DNA from: an uncultured Phycisphaerales bacterium
GTDB lineage: Bacteria > Planctomycetota > Phycisphaerae > Sedimentisphaerales > Anaerobacaceae
Direction: 5' to 3'
DNA: 64,000 bases
NCBI GenBank assembly: GCA_963772725.1
Contig: CAVYYI010000004.1
Span: 320,001-384,000 of the forward strand
Shown here: piece after piece, positions 41,901 through 52,513 of the stretch
Numbering within the stretch: position 1 is the first letter of the stretch
How the letters are laid out: each line of letters opens with the position of its first letter
Notes under the pieces: model-generated
Database searches by the model: none
The model's input: the letters and a program-made list of their open reading frames with translations, nothing else
What the model was told of the DNA's origin: nothing
Translations under genes and position numbers: made by a program

Positions 41901-44166
41901 TGAAGACATCACATATATAGATGATGACAGGATATTGAACCTTGCCAGCCCATGGGTAAGTGTATCAATAAGCGGTATGAGGACGGGGCAGGCATACCCA
42001 TACTGGTGGCCGACTTATAAGGATGGCACAAGCGGTATTATGCCGTACGATTTCAATGACCCCAACGGAGACCCGGCATACAATTACTATTTAACTTACC
42101 AGATTCCCGGCGACCCCGAATATTATAAAGTTGAAACCGTTAACAATAGCGCTGTCAAGAGATATTGGGATTGCGGCAAAGAGGCATGGTATTCCACGAC
42201 CGGAGCCGTTCCAAATCCTAAAGACCCGAACGACCAAAAATACTACATTACCAACACAGCATCCTGGTCACCTTCTTTCCAAACCGCCGGTACCTGGTTC
42301 CAGTACCAGGATCTCCCAGCCCAACGTGATAACAGCGAGTATTTTAAGGAAAATTACATTTACAAAACCGCAGGTACGGGTAACGCTTATGCAAAATGGC
42401 TTTTCCATATCCCAACTGCCGGCAATTATGTGATATCAGCGTGGTGGCCTGCGGCATCTTCAAATGCTTCTAACGCTCCCTATACAATAACCTATCCCGG
42501 CGGTAATACCACCGTAAAAGTTGACCAGCGGATTAACGGTCGCCGCTGGAACAGTTTAGGGCAGTTTTATTTCGATGCCAACGATTATTCGGTAACTCTC
42601 AAGGATAATGCTTCCAGCGGAAGAGTTATCGCTGATGGGATTAGAATATCACATGCCAACAATCCGCCGGAAGTTGTACAGGCTGATTTTGTTGCTGAAA
42701 CAAGAAGCGGCCCTGCGCCTCTGACAGTGGAATTCGAAAACAACAGTTCCGGAGATTTGACCGACAGAACATGGAATATGGGAGATGGTTACACAAATAC
42801 CACCAGGGACGAAATTGAGCACATATATACCTCTCCGGGTACTTACAATGTAAGCCTGACTGTATCAGGACCGCTTGGAAGCAGTACAAGAACAAAAACC
42901 GGATACATTAGAGTCTGGTCTGGAACTCAGGAGCCTCCGCTTCAGGCAGAGTTTGACGCGAGAGGAAAATCCGGTGCGGTACCACGTTCTGTTCGCTTTA
43001 GCGACCTTAGCACAGGCGACCTGTCAGATGTGAATGAATCATGGCTGTGGGATTTTGGCGATGGGCAGACAAGTCATGCTCAGAATCCAACGCATGTTTA
43101 CTCGGCTGTCGGAAATTACACGGTTAAACTTACCGTGAAAGACCCCAGCGGCGCTACGTCTTCTGAAACCAAGCAGAATTTTGTCAGGGTAATAGTTTAC
43201 GAGAAAAATATTGATAATGTTGATTATCCAAAAACTCATTTCAGCAGCAAAACAATGCTCTATACCAAAGAGCTCGGCGTACAGGAAGACAATATAAAAT
43301 ACTCGAGACTGTTATACGGAAGCTGCAACAGCGCAAATTATTTCATTGATTTGTTCCACCGCGGAGTCTTTTACTATGCGGTGAATACCTCCGGTGAAGA
43401 AGAACCGGTAGTCTATTTACAGTCTTATCTGCAGGGTAAATCCGACTATGAAATATGGCAGGATATGCAGGCGGTCAGTCCGGTATATGATTATTACAAT
43501 TTCAATTTGCCGCCTGGACAGGCACAGCAGCAGAGTACTCTTGTTGCCGCAGCCGCAAGTACTATGACACCGCAGGCCGCACCGCTTGATGCTGAACAGC
43601 AGGCCCAAATCCGGCAGTTGAAGAAACTTTCTGTTTCGGATGCCTTTGAAAAGCTTCAGGGTAATAAGTTTTTGGTTAATGAGCGGTTCCTTGAAAGGGC
43701 AATTTCCGCGACTTACACCGGTTCTAAAGAGCAGGCGGTAGAATTAGCTCTTGCGCACATAAATACACCTTCGATTGACATTGTTGACGGAGTTCGTGTC
43801 AAACGAATGAAAGATTTTCATATAGCAAAGAAAATTTTGCATCAGTTCCCGGAAATTTCCTGTGAGCAACTGCTGTTATTCTATTATTGCGGAAGCCCAT
43901 CGACAAAGGCTAATGTTATTCTGGCGGCAGGGGGATTGGCTGACCAGCAGCAGATTTACGATATGCTTATAAACGCTCTTGATGACAAGACCGTTTGCGA
44001 AAACGACAAATCCGAATTTGACGGTGAGCCGTTAAGAATTTGTGACTTGGCTTACAATCAGCTTGTCCTGAATCTGCAAATCACCGGGGTTTTACGCACA
44101 ATTCGCACTGACCAGAATATTGACCAGCGAGATTACCACATAGACATGCTTAAGAAGCAACTGTAA
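38945..44166 (+). CDS. Giant secreted modular protein B (~1740 aa; one frameshift near 39272): 4 golvesin-type CBDs, 7 PKD-like domains, interrupted clan-CD-like alpha/beta domain, C-terminal helical domain
   Basis: ORFs 38945-39328 and 39247-44166 join; the paralogous repeat reads CGA AGT ACC AAC where the first copy reads CGG AC ACC AAT (1-nt deletion); signal peptide ..VGSGYA. Confidence 0.85.
39475..40284 (+). repeat. Three tandem 273-bp (91-aa) PKD-like repeats; further copies near 40690-40950 and 41355-41610
   Basis: CAAGCGGCAACCAATATACCACCTGCAGC starts at 39736 and 40009 (period 273); units are nearly identical at the nucleotide level. Confidence 0.92.
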
Positions 44167-44222
44167 ACGAAATTAAAAGAGATAAAACATACTATTTTAC
44201 ATTTAGCGGGAGACTTTACAAT

Positions 44223-45063
44223 ATGAGTAATTCAGCGGTTAAGGATGTGCCGGTAACAATAATCAAGCCCCGAAAAGGCTGGCAGGTTGTGGATTTCGGC
44301 GGAATTGAAGGAATACCGCGATTTATTCTTCTTCCTTATTTTGCGTGACATAAAAATATTGTATGCTCAGACGATACTTGGTTTTGCCTGGGCGATTTTG
44401 AATCCTCTTTCGCAGATATTTATCTTCACTTTGGTCTTCGGAAGGGTGGCCAAAGTTTCCTCTGAGGGGATGCCGTACCTGATTTTTTGCGCCGTCGCGA
44501 TTATCCCGTGGACATATATGTCTCAGGCGCTGATGCAGTCAGGTCAGAGTCTTATCACGGGCCAGGCGATGCTCGATAAGGTGTATTTCCCGAGACTGCT
44601 GTTTCCATTGACGCCGGTATTTTCAAAACTGGTTGACTTCACTATTTCGCTGGTGATTCTGCTGGCTTTGCTTGTCTATTACAGGGTAACGCCGACAATA
44701 AATCTTCTGTTGCTGCCTCTATTTATCATTATGATGATTAGCATACCGGCGGCTTTGGGGGTGGGGCTTTCTTCGCTGGCGATTCGGTTCCGTGACGTCA
44801 AATTCGCGATGGATTTTGTCGTCCACATGCTGATGTTTTCGGCGCCGATTATCTACTCTGCCTCTTCAATACATGAAAAATACAGATTCATTTACTCGAT
44901 AAACCCGCTTGTTGGCGTAACAGAAGGAATGCGTGCCTGTCTTCTTGGAACAAAGATTCCGTGGGAATTTATTTGGCCAGGTATGGTTACAACCGTTCTC
45001 CTGGCAATAGGCAGTGCACTGTATTTCAGACGGACAGAGCGGGTATTTGCAGACGTTATATAA
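44223..45063 (+). CDS. wzm: Polysaccharide ABC transporter permease (frameshift near 44296)
   Basis: MSNSAVKDVPVTIIKPRKGWQVVDF in one frame, then ELKEYRDL..RDIKILYAQTILGFAWAILNP, KVYFPR, RFRDV, INPL. Confidence 0.88.
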
Positions 45064-45081
45064 CTATTTTGGAGTATTTAA

Positions 45082-46419
45082 ATGAGTTCGAATGACATAG
45101 CAATCAGAGTTGAAAACATCAGCAAATGCTACCGCATCGGCTTAAAAAGTAAAGTTCACGACAGCTTTGGGGGCGCTTTGGTGGATTTCGTCAAAAGTCC
45201 GCTCACCAATTATCGAAAGTACCGTTCTCTTTATACTTTCAAGGATTTACAGTCTGATGAAAATATGGATGATGATACAGGTGACTCAGGAGTAATCTGG
45301 GCGCTGAAAAAAGTATCCTTTGAGGTGCCTAAAGGTCATGTCCTCGGAATAATAGGAAGAAACGGAGCAGGCAAGTCTACACTTCTGAAAATTCTTTCCA
45401 AAATCACCGAACCCACAAGCGGACACGCCGAAATTCATGGAAAAATTTCGAGCCTTCTGGAAGTCGGCACCGGTTTTCATCCCGAACTTACCGGCAGAGA
45501 AAACGTCTATCTTAACGGCGCCGTGCTCGGTATGAAGAAAAAAGAAATAGACAGGAGATACGACGAGATTGTTGACTTCTCAGGGGTTGAGAAATTCATC
45601 CATACACCTGTTAAACGTTATTCCAGCGGTATGAAGGTAAGGCTTGCCTTTGCGGTTGCGGCCCATTTGCAGCCGGAAATTCTGATAATAGATGAGGTAC
45701 TGGCAGTTGGAGACGCCGAGTTTCAGAGCAAGTGCCTTGGCAAAATGGACAGTATTACCAAAGAGGGCAGAACAGTCCTGTTTGTCAGCCATAATATGGG
45801 TGCGCTCCTTCAACTATGTCCTTTCGCTATTATGCTTAATAAAGGCAGACTTGTTAACAGCGGTCCCTCAAAAAATATTGTTGACCATTATCTGACAAGT
45901 ATTTTTTCAAAGGTAAATAGTCTCGACCTTAGAAACGTCCCGGTTCGTGATGGTAATGGAAAACTCAGATTTGTTTCCGTAAGATTGATGCGTGAGAATG
46001 GCGAATATACCGAAACACCGATTGCGGGACAGCCCATTGATATTGTCCTGGATTTTGAAACCAAGGGGGCTTTATCTAAGGTTAAATTTGTACTTACTAT
46101 TTTCAACCAGATGGGAATAGCGGTAACAAATTGCAGTGTTTATACGTCAGGTCTAAGTTTTGATCTTCCTGCCGGTAAAGGCCGCATAATCTGCCAAATT
46201 CCCAAATTGCCTCTGCCGCTGGGGCAATATAAAATTTCAATCTCCGCTGAAGATATCTCTAAACTCGATGAGATTCCGACAGCTTGTATCTTTAATGTTC
46301 ACACAAGTAATTTTTTCGATACTTCTTTTACTCCGCCAATGCGGTATTCCACGGCCCTTGTCGAACATTCATGGCAATTAGCCAACTCAAGACAAGAAGC
46401 GATTAAGATAGTAAGGTAG
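45082..46419 (+). CDS. wzt: Polysaccharide ABC transporter ATPase with C-terminal Wzt_C domain
   Basis: GRNGAGKSTLLK, EVGTGFHPELTGREN, YSSGMKVRLAF, DEVLAVGD, VSH. Confidence 0.93.
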   Translation: MSSNDIAIRVENISKCYRIGLKSKVHDSFGGALVDFVKSPLTNYRKYRSLYTFKDLQSDENMDDDTGDSGVIWALKKVSFEVPKGHVLGIIGRNGAGKSTLLKILSKITEPTSGHAEIHGKISSLLEVGTGFHPELTGRENVYLNGAVLGMKKKEIDRRYDEIVDFSGVEKFIHTPVKRYSSGMKVRLAFAVAAHLQPEILIIDEVLAVGDAEFQSKCLGKMDSITKEGRTVLFVSHNMGALLQLCPFAIMLNKGRLVNSGPSKNIVDHYLTSIFSKVNSLDLRNVPVRDGNGKLRFVSVRLMRENGEYTETPIAGQPIDIVLDFETKGALSKVKFVLTIFNQMGIAVTNCSVYTSGLSFDLPAGKGRIICQIPKLPLPLGQYKISISAEDISKLDEIPTACIFNVHTSNFFDTSFTPPMRYSTALVEHSWQLANSRQEAIKIVR

Positions 46420-46428
46420 TTTTCCGAA

Positions 46429-48228
46429 ATGGCAAATTTTATAATCACGATTGACGCGAACACTGACCGCCGCTCCCGATTCATCGAATCTATAAGGGGA
46501 AAGTTGTCTCCTGTAAAAGGCCTTATAGTTAATACTGTAAATACCGGGGATTTTTGTGCAGCCTGGGCTTCGACGGTAAATGTGCCGATAAGTCAGGCTG
46601 TTGAAAAAGGCCGCGCCGCAGTAATATGGGGCGACCCCATCAGCGATGATATGCCGCAAAAGGTTGATGCGGAACAGTTAATGAATTTATGGTCTAATCC
46701 TGACACGCGAATTAAATCTTTCTTTAACGGATTCTATGCCGCTGCCGTATATGGCGATGATGCCGGTTTGGCGGCAGGGGCGGATTTGCTTGGAATTTAT
46801 CCTCTCTACTACTGGACGGATAACAATATACTGCTGGTTGGTTCCAGCCCGGAATTGTTTCGTTATCATCCCTGCTTTAAAACGGCGTTAAATCCTGAAG
46901 GACTGCTTTCTATTCTATTGACTATGCATATTTTCGATGGGCAGACTTTGTTAAAAGATGTCAAACGTCTCAATGCGGGTCACATGCTTACCTGGCAGTC
47001 GGGACAGCCTGTTAAAGAAGTGATGCAGTACAAAATACGCCCGTCAACTGATTACTTTGCGCTGCCTTTCTCCGCACATGTGGATATTTTAAGCGAAGCT
47101 ATGGCGAATACTCTTGTGCGTCATGTTCCGCGTGGAAAACATTATGGTCTGCTGCTTTCAGGCGGACTTGATTCGAGAATGCTGGCCGGCTATCTTAAAG
47201 AAAGAGATATAAATGTTGAAGCGATTACAATGGGGCTTGATGACGATATTGAAATGAAAGTTGCAAAACGTGTTGCCCGCTATCTTGATTTTCCGCAAAT
47301 TACAATGGAAACCGGTTATAATGAATATCCGCAATGCGCAGCCTCACAGGTTGAATGGGAACATCTCTCAAACGGTTTTAATGATATTATTAACTGGGGT
47401 GTAAGTCCTTATCTTGTTAATAAGCATTCACGTTTGATAATGGGGTACTCCGTAGATGCGGTCATCGGGACAAGATATATTAACTGGGCATATTCTGAGT
47501 CGTCAAAAAAAATGTCATTCGATTCCTTCTTCTCGCATATCAACAACTGGGCTATAAGAACTGACGTTTTAAAACGTCTGCTTCGCAGCAGTATATTTTC
47601 TGAGGATATGATTTATGAAATGATTCGTCGGATAGAAAATACTTATAACAGCTATTCCGATATCGAATCTCACCGTGCATGGTGCTTCAATCTGTATAAC
47701 CGTCAACGGTTTCATGTGGGTAGTTCAGCGTGGGTGCTTTCATTTGGGTCGTGGCCTGTAATGCCCGCGCTTGACCGAAAACTGCTGGAATGTGCGGCAT
47801 CTATGCCGGCCGCCTCAATCGCCGAAAGACGCGCACAGGTTGAATTGGTTTGCAGACGTTTCCCTCGCCTGGCGGCGTTGCCCCTTGACCATAACAGCTA
47901 TGATACCACACCTTTGATGCCGAGAATTCGATACCTCTTGGCGCATAATATTTATAAACGTCTTGGACTGAACAAATTTTCTCGAAACGGTAAAGTAGAA
48001 CACCGCTATTATTACAGAATTTATGACTTTAATAATCCGGGATGGCTGGCCGTCAGAAAACAGGCTGAACCATATCGTGAAAAATTATACGATATCTTTA
48101 ATCGCGATGTCTTTAATGAACTTCTGCCTGCCCCGGATAATCCCGTTAATCTTCAGGATAAAATTATCGATGCCTCAGGCTTGAAGTCCCTTGTCGGCCT
48201 TATGCTTTGGGCAAAAAATAACTTATAA
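46429..48228 (+). CDS. Asparagine-synthetase-like protein lacking the N-terminal catalytic Cys
   Basis: Ntn-like N-half (NGFYAAA, DLLGIYPLYY), synthetase motif LLSGGLDSR; N-terminus is MANF rather than MCG. Confidence 0.8.
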   Translation: MANFIITIDANTDRRSRFIESIRGKLSPVKGLIVNTVNTGDFCAAWASTVNVPISQAVEKGRAAVIWGDPISDDMPQKVDAEQLMNLWSNPDTRIKSFFNGFYAAAVYGDDAGLAAGADLLGIYPLYYWTDNNILLVGSSPELFRYHPCFKTALNPEGLLSILLTMHIFDGQTLLKDVKRLNAGHMLTWQSGQPVKEVMQYKIRPSTDYFALPFSAHVDILSEAMANTLVRHVPRGKHYGLLLSGGLDSRMLAGYLKERDINVEAITMGLDDDIEMKVAKRVARYLDFPQITMETGYNEYPQCAASQVEWEHLSNGFNDIINWGVSPYLVNKHSRLIMGYSVDAVIGTRYINWAYSESSKKMSFDSFFSHINNWAIRTDVLKRLLRSSIFSEDMIYEMIRRIENTYNSYSDIESHRAWCFNLYNRQRFHVGSSAWVLSFGSWPVMPALDRKLLECAASMPAASIAERRAQVELVCRRFPRLAALPLDHNSYDTTPLMPRIRYLLAHNIYKRLGLNKFSRNGKVEHRYYYRIYDFNNPGWLAVRKQAEPYREKLYDIFNRDVFNELLPAPDNPVNLQDKIIDASGLKSLVGLMLWAKNNL

Positions 48229-48242
48229 GCTGGGAGGATAAA

Positions 48243-49472
48243 ATGCAAAATACTATACATATTTGGCCGCAGAATTCCATTGAAACAAACGACCAAATAA
48301 CTTTAAGCGTTGTTATAGAACGGGAGGGTGCCAGTCCCTTTAATCTCTGGTTTCGCATTCCGGCTGAGTATAAGGATAAACTAAGTGAAACATGTGACCC
48401 ATTTGTTGTCGCCACTATTTTTCTTGCGATGAGAACATCAGTGAAGATGATTGTTCACGGTATTGTTTCTCCTTCCCTTTTGAGAAATCTCGAAGAGTTT
48501 CAGGCGGTATGGATTAACTGGCAGCCCGACAGGTATGCAAAAATCGATATCACTGGAACAATTGAATCTGAGCCGAATAATCATAATCATCGCAAAGGCG
48601 CGGTGATGGCTTTTTCTGGGGGATTAGATTCCTGTTTTACCGCGTATCGGCATAGAATGGATATATGCGGCCGTCAGCAGCGTAATATTCATGCAGGGGT
48701 GATGGTTCACGGTTTTGACATTCCTCTCGATGACAAAGGTACTTTTGATATCGCGGCAGAAAAGTCAAAAAATATACTCCAAAGTCTTGGAATTGAATTG
48801 ATTCCTGTCGCTACAAATTTCAGAGATTTGGGCGATAACTGGGATGATGCCCATGCTGCCGGCATTGCGGCGTGCCTGATGCTATTTCAAAATGGCTACA
48901 AATGCGGCCTTATCAGCGGCAGTTTTTCCTATAATAGTTTCGGCCTTAACATCGGCTGGGGTTCCAATCCTCTTACAGACAGGTTTTTATCAAGCGGCAG
49001 TTTCGAGATTATAAATGACGGCTCAAGGTTCGACAGAGTAGATAAACTTGAATATATAGCATCGTGGCCCCATGCCCTTGAAAATATGAGAGTTTGCTGG
49101 GAAGGCAAACACTTGGATCGTAACTGCTGTGAATGTGAAAAATGTATTCGCAACATTTTGAGCTTTTATGCTTTAGGGTTAAAACTGCCAAAATCTTTTG
49201 AAAAGGATATTACTGAGCAGCAAATTAAAAATGTGCGGGTTCCGGATTCAGCCATTTTGTTTGAATATAAATGTGCGCTTTCGACAGCGAAAAGCAGGGG
49301 GATAACTGCTCCCTGGGTTAAAGCGCTGGAAAAAGGTATCCAGTTAAACGAAAGGCGGCTGGCGAACCACAATGGCAGCCTCTGGCGTAAAGTCAGGTCT
49401 AAGGTTGCGCTGCGTACCAGGCTTCGCAGACTAAATGCCAGGTATTTGCAAGGTTCCCAGAAAGAGAAATAG
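48243..49472 (+). CDS. PP-loop (adenine nucleotide alpha-hydrolase/QueC-like) protein with a Cys cluster
   Basis: FSGGLDS; WGSNPLTD; RVCW..NCCECEKCIR. Confidence 0.65.
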   Translation: MQNTIHIWPQNSIETNDQITLSVVIEREGASPFNLWFRIPAEYKDKLSETCDPFVVATIFLAMRTSVKMIVHGIVSPSLLRNLEEFQAVWINWQPDRYAKIDITGTIESEPNNHNHRKGAVMAFSGGLDSCFTAYRHRMDICGRQQRNIHAGVMVHGFDIPLDDKGTFDIAAEKSKNILQSLGIELIPVATNFRDLGDNWDDAHAAGIAACLMLFQNGYKCGLISGSFSYNSFGLNIGWGSNPLTDRFLSSGSFEIINDGSRFDRVDKLEYIASWPHALENMRVCWEGKHLDRNCCECEKCIRNILSFYALGLKLPKSFEKDITEQQIKNVRVPDSAILFEYKCALSTAKSRGITAPWVKALEKGIQLNERRLANHNGSLWRKVRSKVALRTRLRRLNARYLQGSQKEK

Positions 49473-49475
49473 CAG

Positions 49476-50780
49476 ATGGTTGGAATTATGAAAATTTTAG
49501 TCGAAAACGGCTGTTATGATTTACAGAATATGGGCGACGTCGCCATGCTTCAGGTGGCGGTCGAAAGGCTGCGTCAATTATGGCCGGACGCCTTGATACA
49601 GGTTATTACCGCAAGACCCGACCTGCTGGCGAGGTATTGCCCTGACGCCAGAGCGATACCGGCGGCAGGCCGCTGCGGCTGGTTTTATGACAGAAATATC
49701 CTTGGAAAACTTCACAATCTTATGCCCAGGTCTTTAGACCACAGTTTTACGGAATTGACCAGGTCGCTTCGCCGCTTGAAGCCTAACGTTATGCACAATC
49801 TGCTTATGTTCAAAGCTAAAATTCACCAAAGGAACATAAATGATGTCAATCTTTTTATTGACGCTGTTTTTGATGCTGACCTCATTGCTCTTAGCGGCGG
49901 GGGGGATATAAATGACAGTTTCTCTGATTTCGCTTTCACTTTATTTGAAATTCTTGAATTAGCGATTCAGAGAGGCATACCAACTGTCCTGTTTGGACAG
50001 GGTATTGGGCCGATTAATAATCCAACGCTGAAAAAACGTGCCGCGGAGGTCCTTCCTTTAGTTGATTTAATCGCCATACGAGAGAAATTAACGTCTCTGC
50101 CCCTGCTTGAATCATTGAATGTCCCCCGGAGAAAAATTATCGTAAGCGGCGATGACGCTATTGAATTGGCGTATAAAAACCATTCAGCAAAATCCGGTTC
50201 CGCGATTGGTGTCAACATCAGGGTATCATCTTATTCCGGGATAGATTCACACGACATAGAAAGTATCCGCGGTACATTATGGTCTCTCGCAGAAGAACAT
50301 AGAGCCTCTTTACTGCCCGTACCGATTTCATTCTATGCACACGAATCAGATATTGAAGCAGCCAGGAAATTAATAGGTGGAAAGTTCAGTATCCCTGAGT
50401 CTTGTTTACATCTCAATGACCCGCTTGACATTGTTAATTTGATTAGAGATTGCCGGGTCGTAGTAACCGGCAGTTATCATTCAGCGGTTTTTGCTCTCGC
50501 GCAGGGAATACCGGCGGTGTGTATTGCAAGGTCGGAATATTATAAAGATAAATTTATGGGCCTGATGTCCCAGTTTAAAACTCCAGGCGACGTGATTTTT
50601 TGGGATGATGACCAGCGTATCGAAATGCTGCATAAAGCCATCGATAAAGCCTGGAAATTCGCGGAACATTTAAAACCTTGTCTTCTAAAAGCGGCTAAAC
50701 GTCAAATTACATCAAGTAAAAACGCCTACAATCAGGCGTACCGCATTTTAGAAGCAAAAAAAGAACCGGTATATTGTTAA
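49476..50780 (+). CDS. Polysaccharide pyruvyl transferase family protein
   Basis: NMGDVAM, SGGG, GQGIGP, IAIRE..S, DDA, TGSYHSAVFAL..GIP. Confidence 0.88.
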   Translation: MVGIMKILVENGCYDLQNMGDVAMLQVAVERLRQLWPDALIQVITARPDLLARYCPDARAIPAAGRCGWFYDRNILGKLHNLMPRSLDHSFTELTRSLRRLKPNVMHNLLMFKAKIHQRNINDVNLFIDAVFDADLIALSGGGDINDSFSDFAFTLFEILELAIQRGIPTVLFGQGIGPINNPTLKKRAAEVLPLVDLIAIREKLTSLPLLESLNVPRRKIIVSGDDAIELAYKNHSAKSGSAIGVNIRVSSYSGIDSHDIESIRGTLWSLAEEHRASLLPVPISFYAHESDIEAARKLIGGKFSIPESCLHLNDPLDIVNLIRDCRVVVTGSYHSAVFALAQGIPAVCIARSEYYKDKFMGLMSQFKTPGDVIFWDDDQRIEMLHKAIDKAWKFAEHLKPCLLKAAKRQITSSKNAYNQAYRILEAKKEPVYC

Positions 50781-50801
50781 TAAGGAAAGATTAGTTGGAA
50801 T

Positions 50802-51593
50802 ATGTCAAATAACCGAAATCTTCTGAAACGCTCCGCGGCGTTTATCCAACGAAAGCTGTTGGGGGCGATAACAAATGTTTCGACCTCACGCAGGGCAGCT
50901 TCTTTGACTTTCGATGATGGGCCAAATCCGAACTTTACCCCGCGACTTCTGAAATTATTAAATGAATACGGCGCTAAAGCGACTTTTTTTGTCGTCGGAA
51001 AACAGGCGGCACGGTACCCGGAATTGATAAAAAGCACCATTAGCGCAGGACACGCCATAGGTAACCATTCATGGGACCATTCGTCTTTTCCCCTTCTGAC
51101 CGCAAAATATAGAAAGGGGCAACTACTCGCCTGCAGCAGGGTACTGGCTCCGTACAAGCCGGCTTTGTTTCGTCCACCTTACGGACATCTAAATTTGCTT
51201 TCAAAACTTGATGTTCGTTTGCTTGGCTATAAAATCATCATGTGGAGTATAGTGGCAGAGGACTGGCTTGACCATTCCGCACAGACGATGGCTGAGAAAG
51301 TAATTAATGAAATCCAGCCGGGCGGTATCATTCTGTTCCACGATTCACTTTACACCGTTATGGACGCAAAGTATGCCGACAGGCAGCCTACACTGGATGC
51401 GGTTCGAATAGTTCTGAATAAACTTAATGGGCAGTACGACTTTATTACTGTCCCGGAATTGCTGAAATTAGGCAAACATCAAAAAACAAACTGGTACAGT
51501 CAACCTGATACACAATGGCTTAAACAACTTAAAAAAGGAGACATAGCGGATGACCAGCGAAATAGACATTTCAGTAATTATTGCCACGCATAA
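50802..51593 (+). CDS. Polysaccharide deacetylase (CE4/NodB)
   Basis: TFDDGP, ATFFVVG, GNHSWDH, FRPPYG, IILFHD. Confidence 0.95.
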   Translation: MSNNRNLLKRSAAFIQRKLLGAITNVSTSRRAASLTFDDGPNPNFTPRLLKLLNEYGAKATFFVVGKQAARYPELIKSTISAGHAIGNHSWDHSSFPLLTAKYRKGQLLACSRVLAPYKPALFRPPYGHLNLLSKLDVRLLGYKIIMWSIVAEDWLDHSAQTMAEKVINEIQPGGIILFHDSLYTVMDAKYADRQPTLDAVRIVLNKLNGQYDFITVPELLKLGKHQKTNWYSQPDTQWLKQLKKGDIADDQRNRHFSNYCHA

Positions 51594-52509
51594 TCGTGCC
51601 GATATTCTCAACGACACACTCAGGCACATGGAGCTTCTTGACCGTCAGGGTATAAATGTTGAGTTTGTAATCGTTGATAATAACTCTTCTGATATAACAA
51701 GATTGATAATTGAAAGTTTTATGGACAAGCTGCCTATTCGTTATCTTTTTGAGGCCGAGCCTGGACAAAACGCCGCAAGAAACCGTGCATTAGCCGATGC
51801 ACCTCTCGGCAAAATAGTGGTCTTTACCGATGATGATATTGAACCTGAGAAAAACTGGTTTCAGGTCATCCTTGCCGTCTGTAACCGCTGGCCGCAATAT
51901 AATATTTTCGGAGGCAGAATCTACCCGCTTTTGCCTGATTCACCTAAACCAAAGTGGACGGAATTGCGCTTTGTTCAGGAATTAGGTTTTGCCCTTCACG
52001 AATATGACCACTCTGAAACCCTCTATGCTGTCGAAAAATATCCTTCCAGCGGCAATATGTGGTTCAGGCGCAGCATCTTTGACGACGGAAGCAGGTTCGA
52101 TGAGGCAATAGCCTGGCATCCGAAAAATCGTATTATGGCAACTGAAACTATCTTTTTAAAACGTCTGGTCGAGCAAGGCCAGAGAATTGTACACTGCCCT
52201 GAAGTGGTAGTGAGCCACAAAATCACTGCCCGGGAGATAACACTTGTTCATCTCTTAAAGAGGGCTTATAGCTGGGGTAGGGGAATGACGTACATAAGAG
52301 GCGTGTGCCGAAAAGAAACGCTAAATAAAAATCCCGTGTACTGGTACTGCATACGCCTCGCGGCTCTTATGCGTATCTGTCTTAAACTGGCTATTGCAAT
52401 GCCAGCCCTTGCCATCCAAAAACCAAAAGCAGCGGTATACGCCATGCAGTGGCTGGGTTTTAACATCGAGCAGATCAGCATGGTCTCAAGTCATAATAAA
52501 AGGGGATAA
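51550..52509 (+). CDS. GT2 glycosyltransferase
   Basis: ISVIIATHNR, VDNNSSD, AARN, FTDDD. Confidence 0.92.
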   Translation: MTSEIDISVIIATHNRADILNDTLRHMELLDRQGINVEFVIVDNNSSDITRLIIESFMDKLPIRYLFEAEPGQNAARNRALADAPLGKIVVFTDDDIEPEKNWFQVILAVCNRWPQYNIFGGRIYPLLPDSPKPKWTELRFVQELGFALHEYDHSETLYAVEKYPSSGNMWFRRSIFDDGSRFDEAIAWHPKNRIMATETIFLKRLVEQGQRIVHCPEVVVSHKITAREITLVHLLKRAYSWGRGMTYIRGVCRKETLNKNPVYWYCIRLAALMRICLKLAIAMPALAIQKPKAAVYAMQWLGFNIEQISMVSSHNKRG

Positions 52510-52513
52510 TTCA

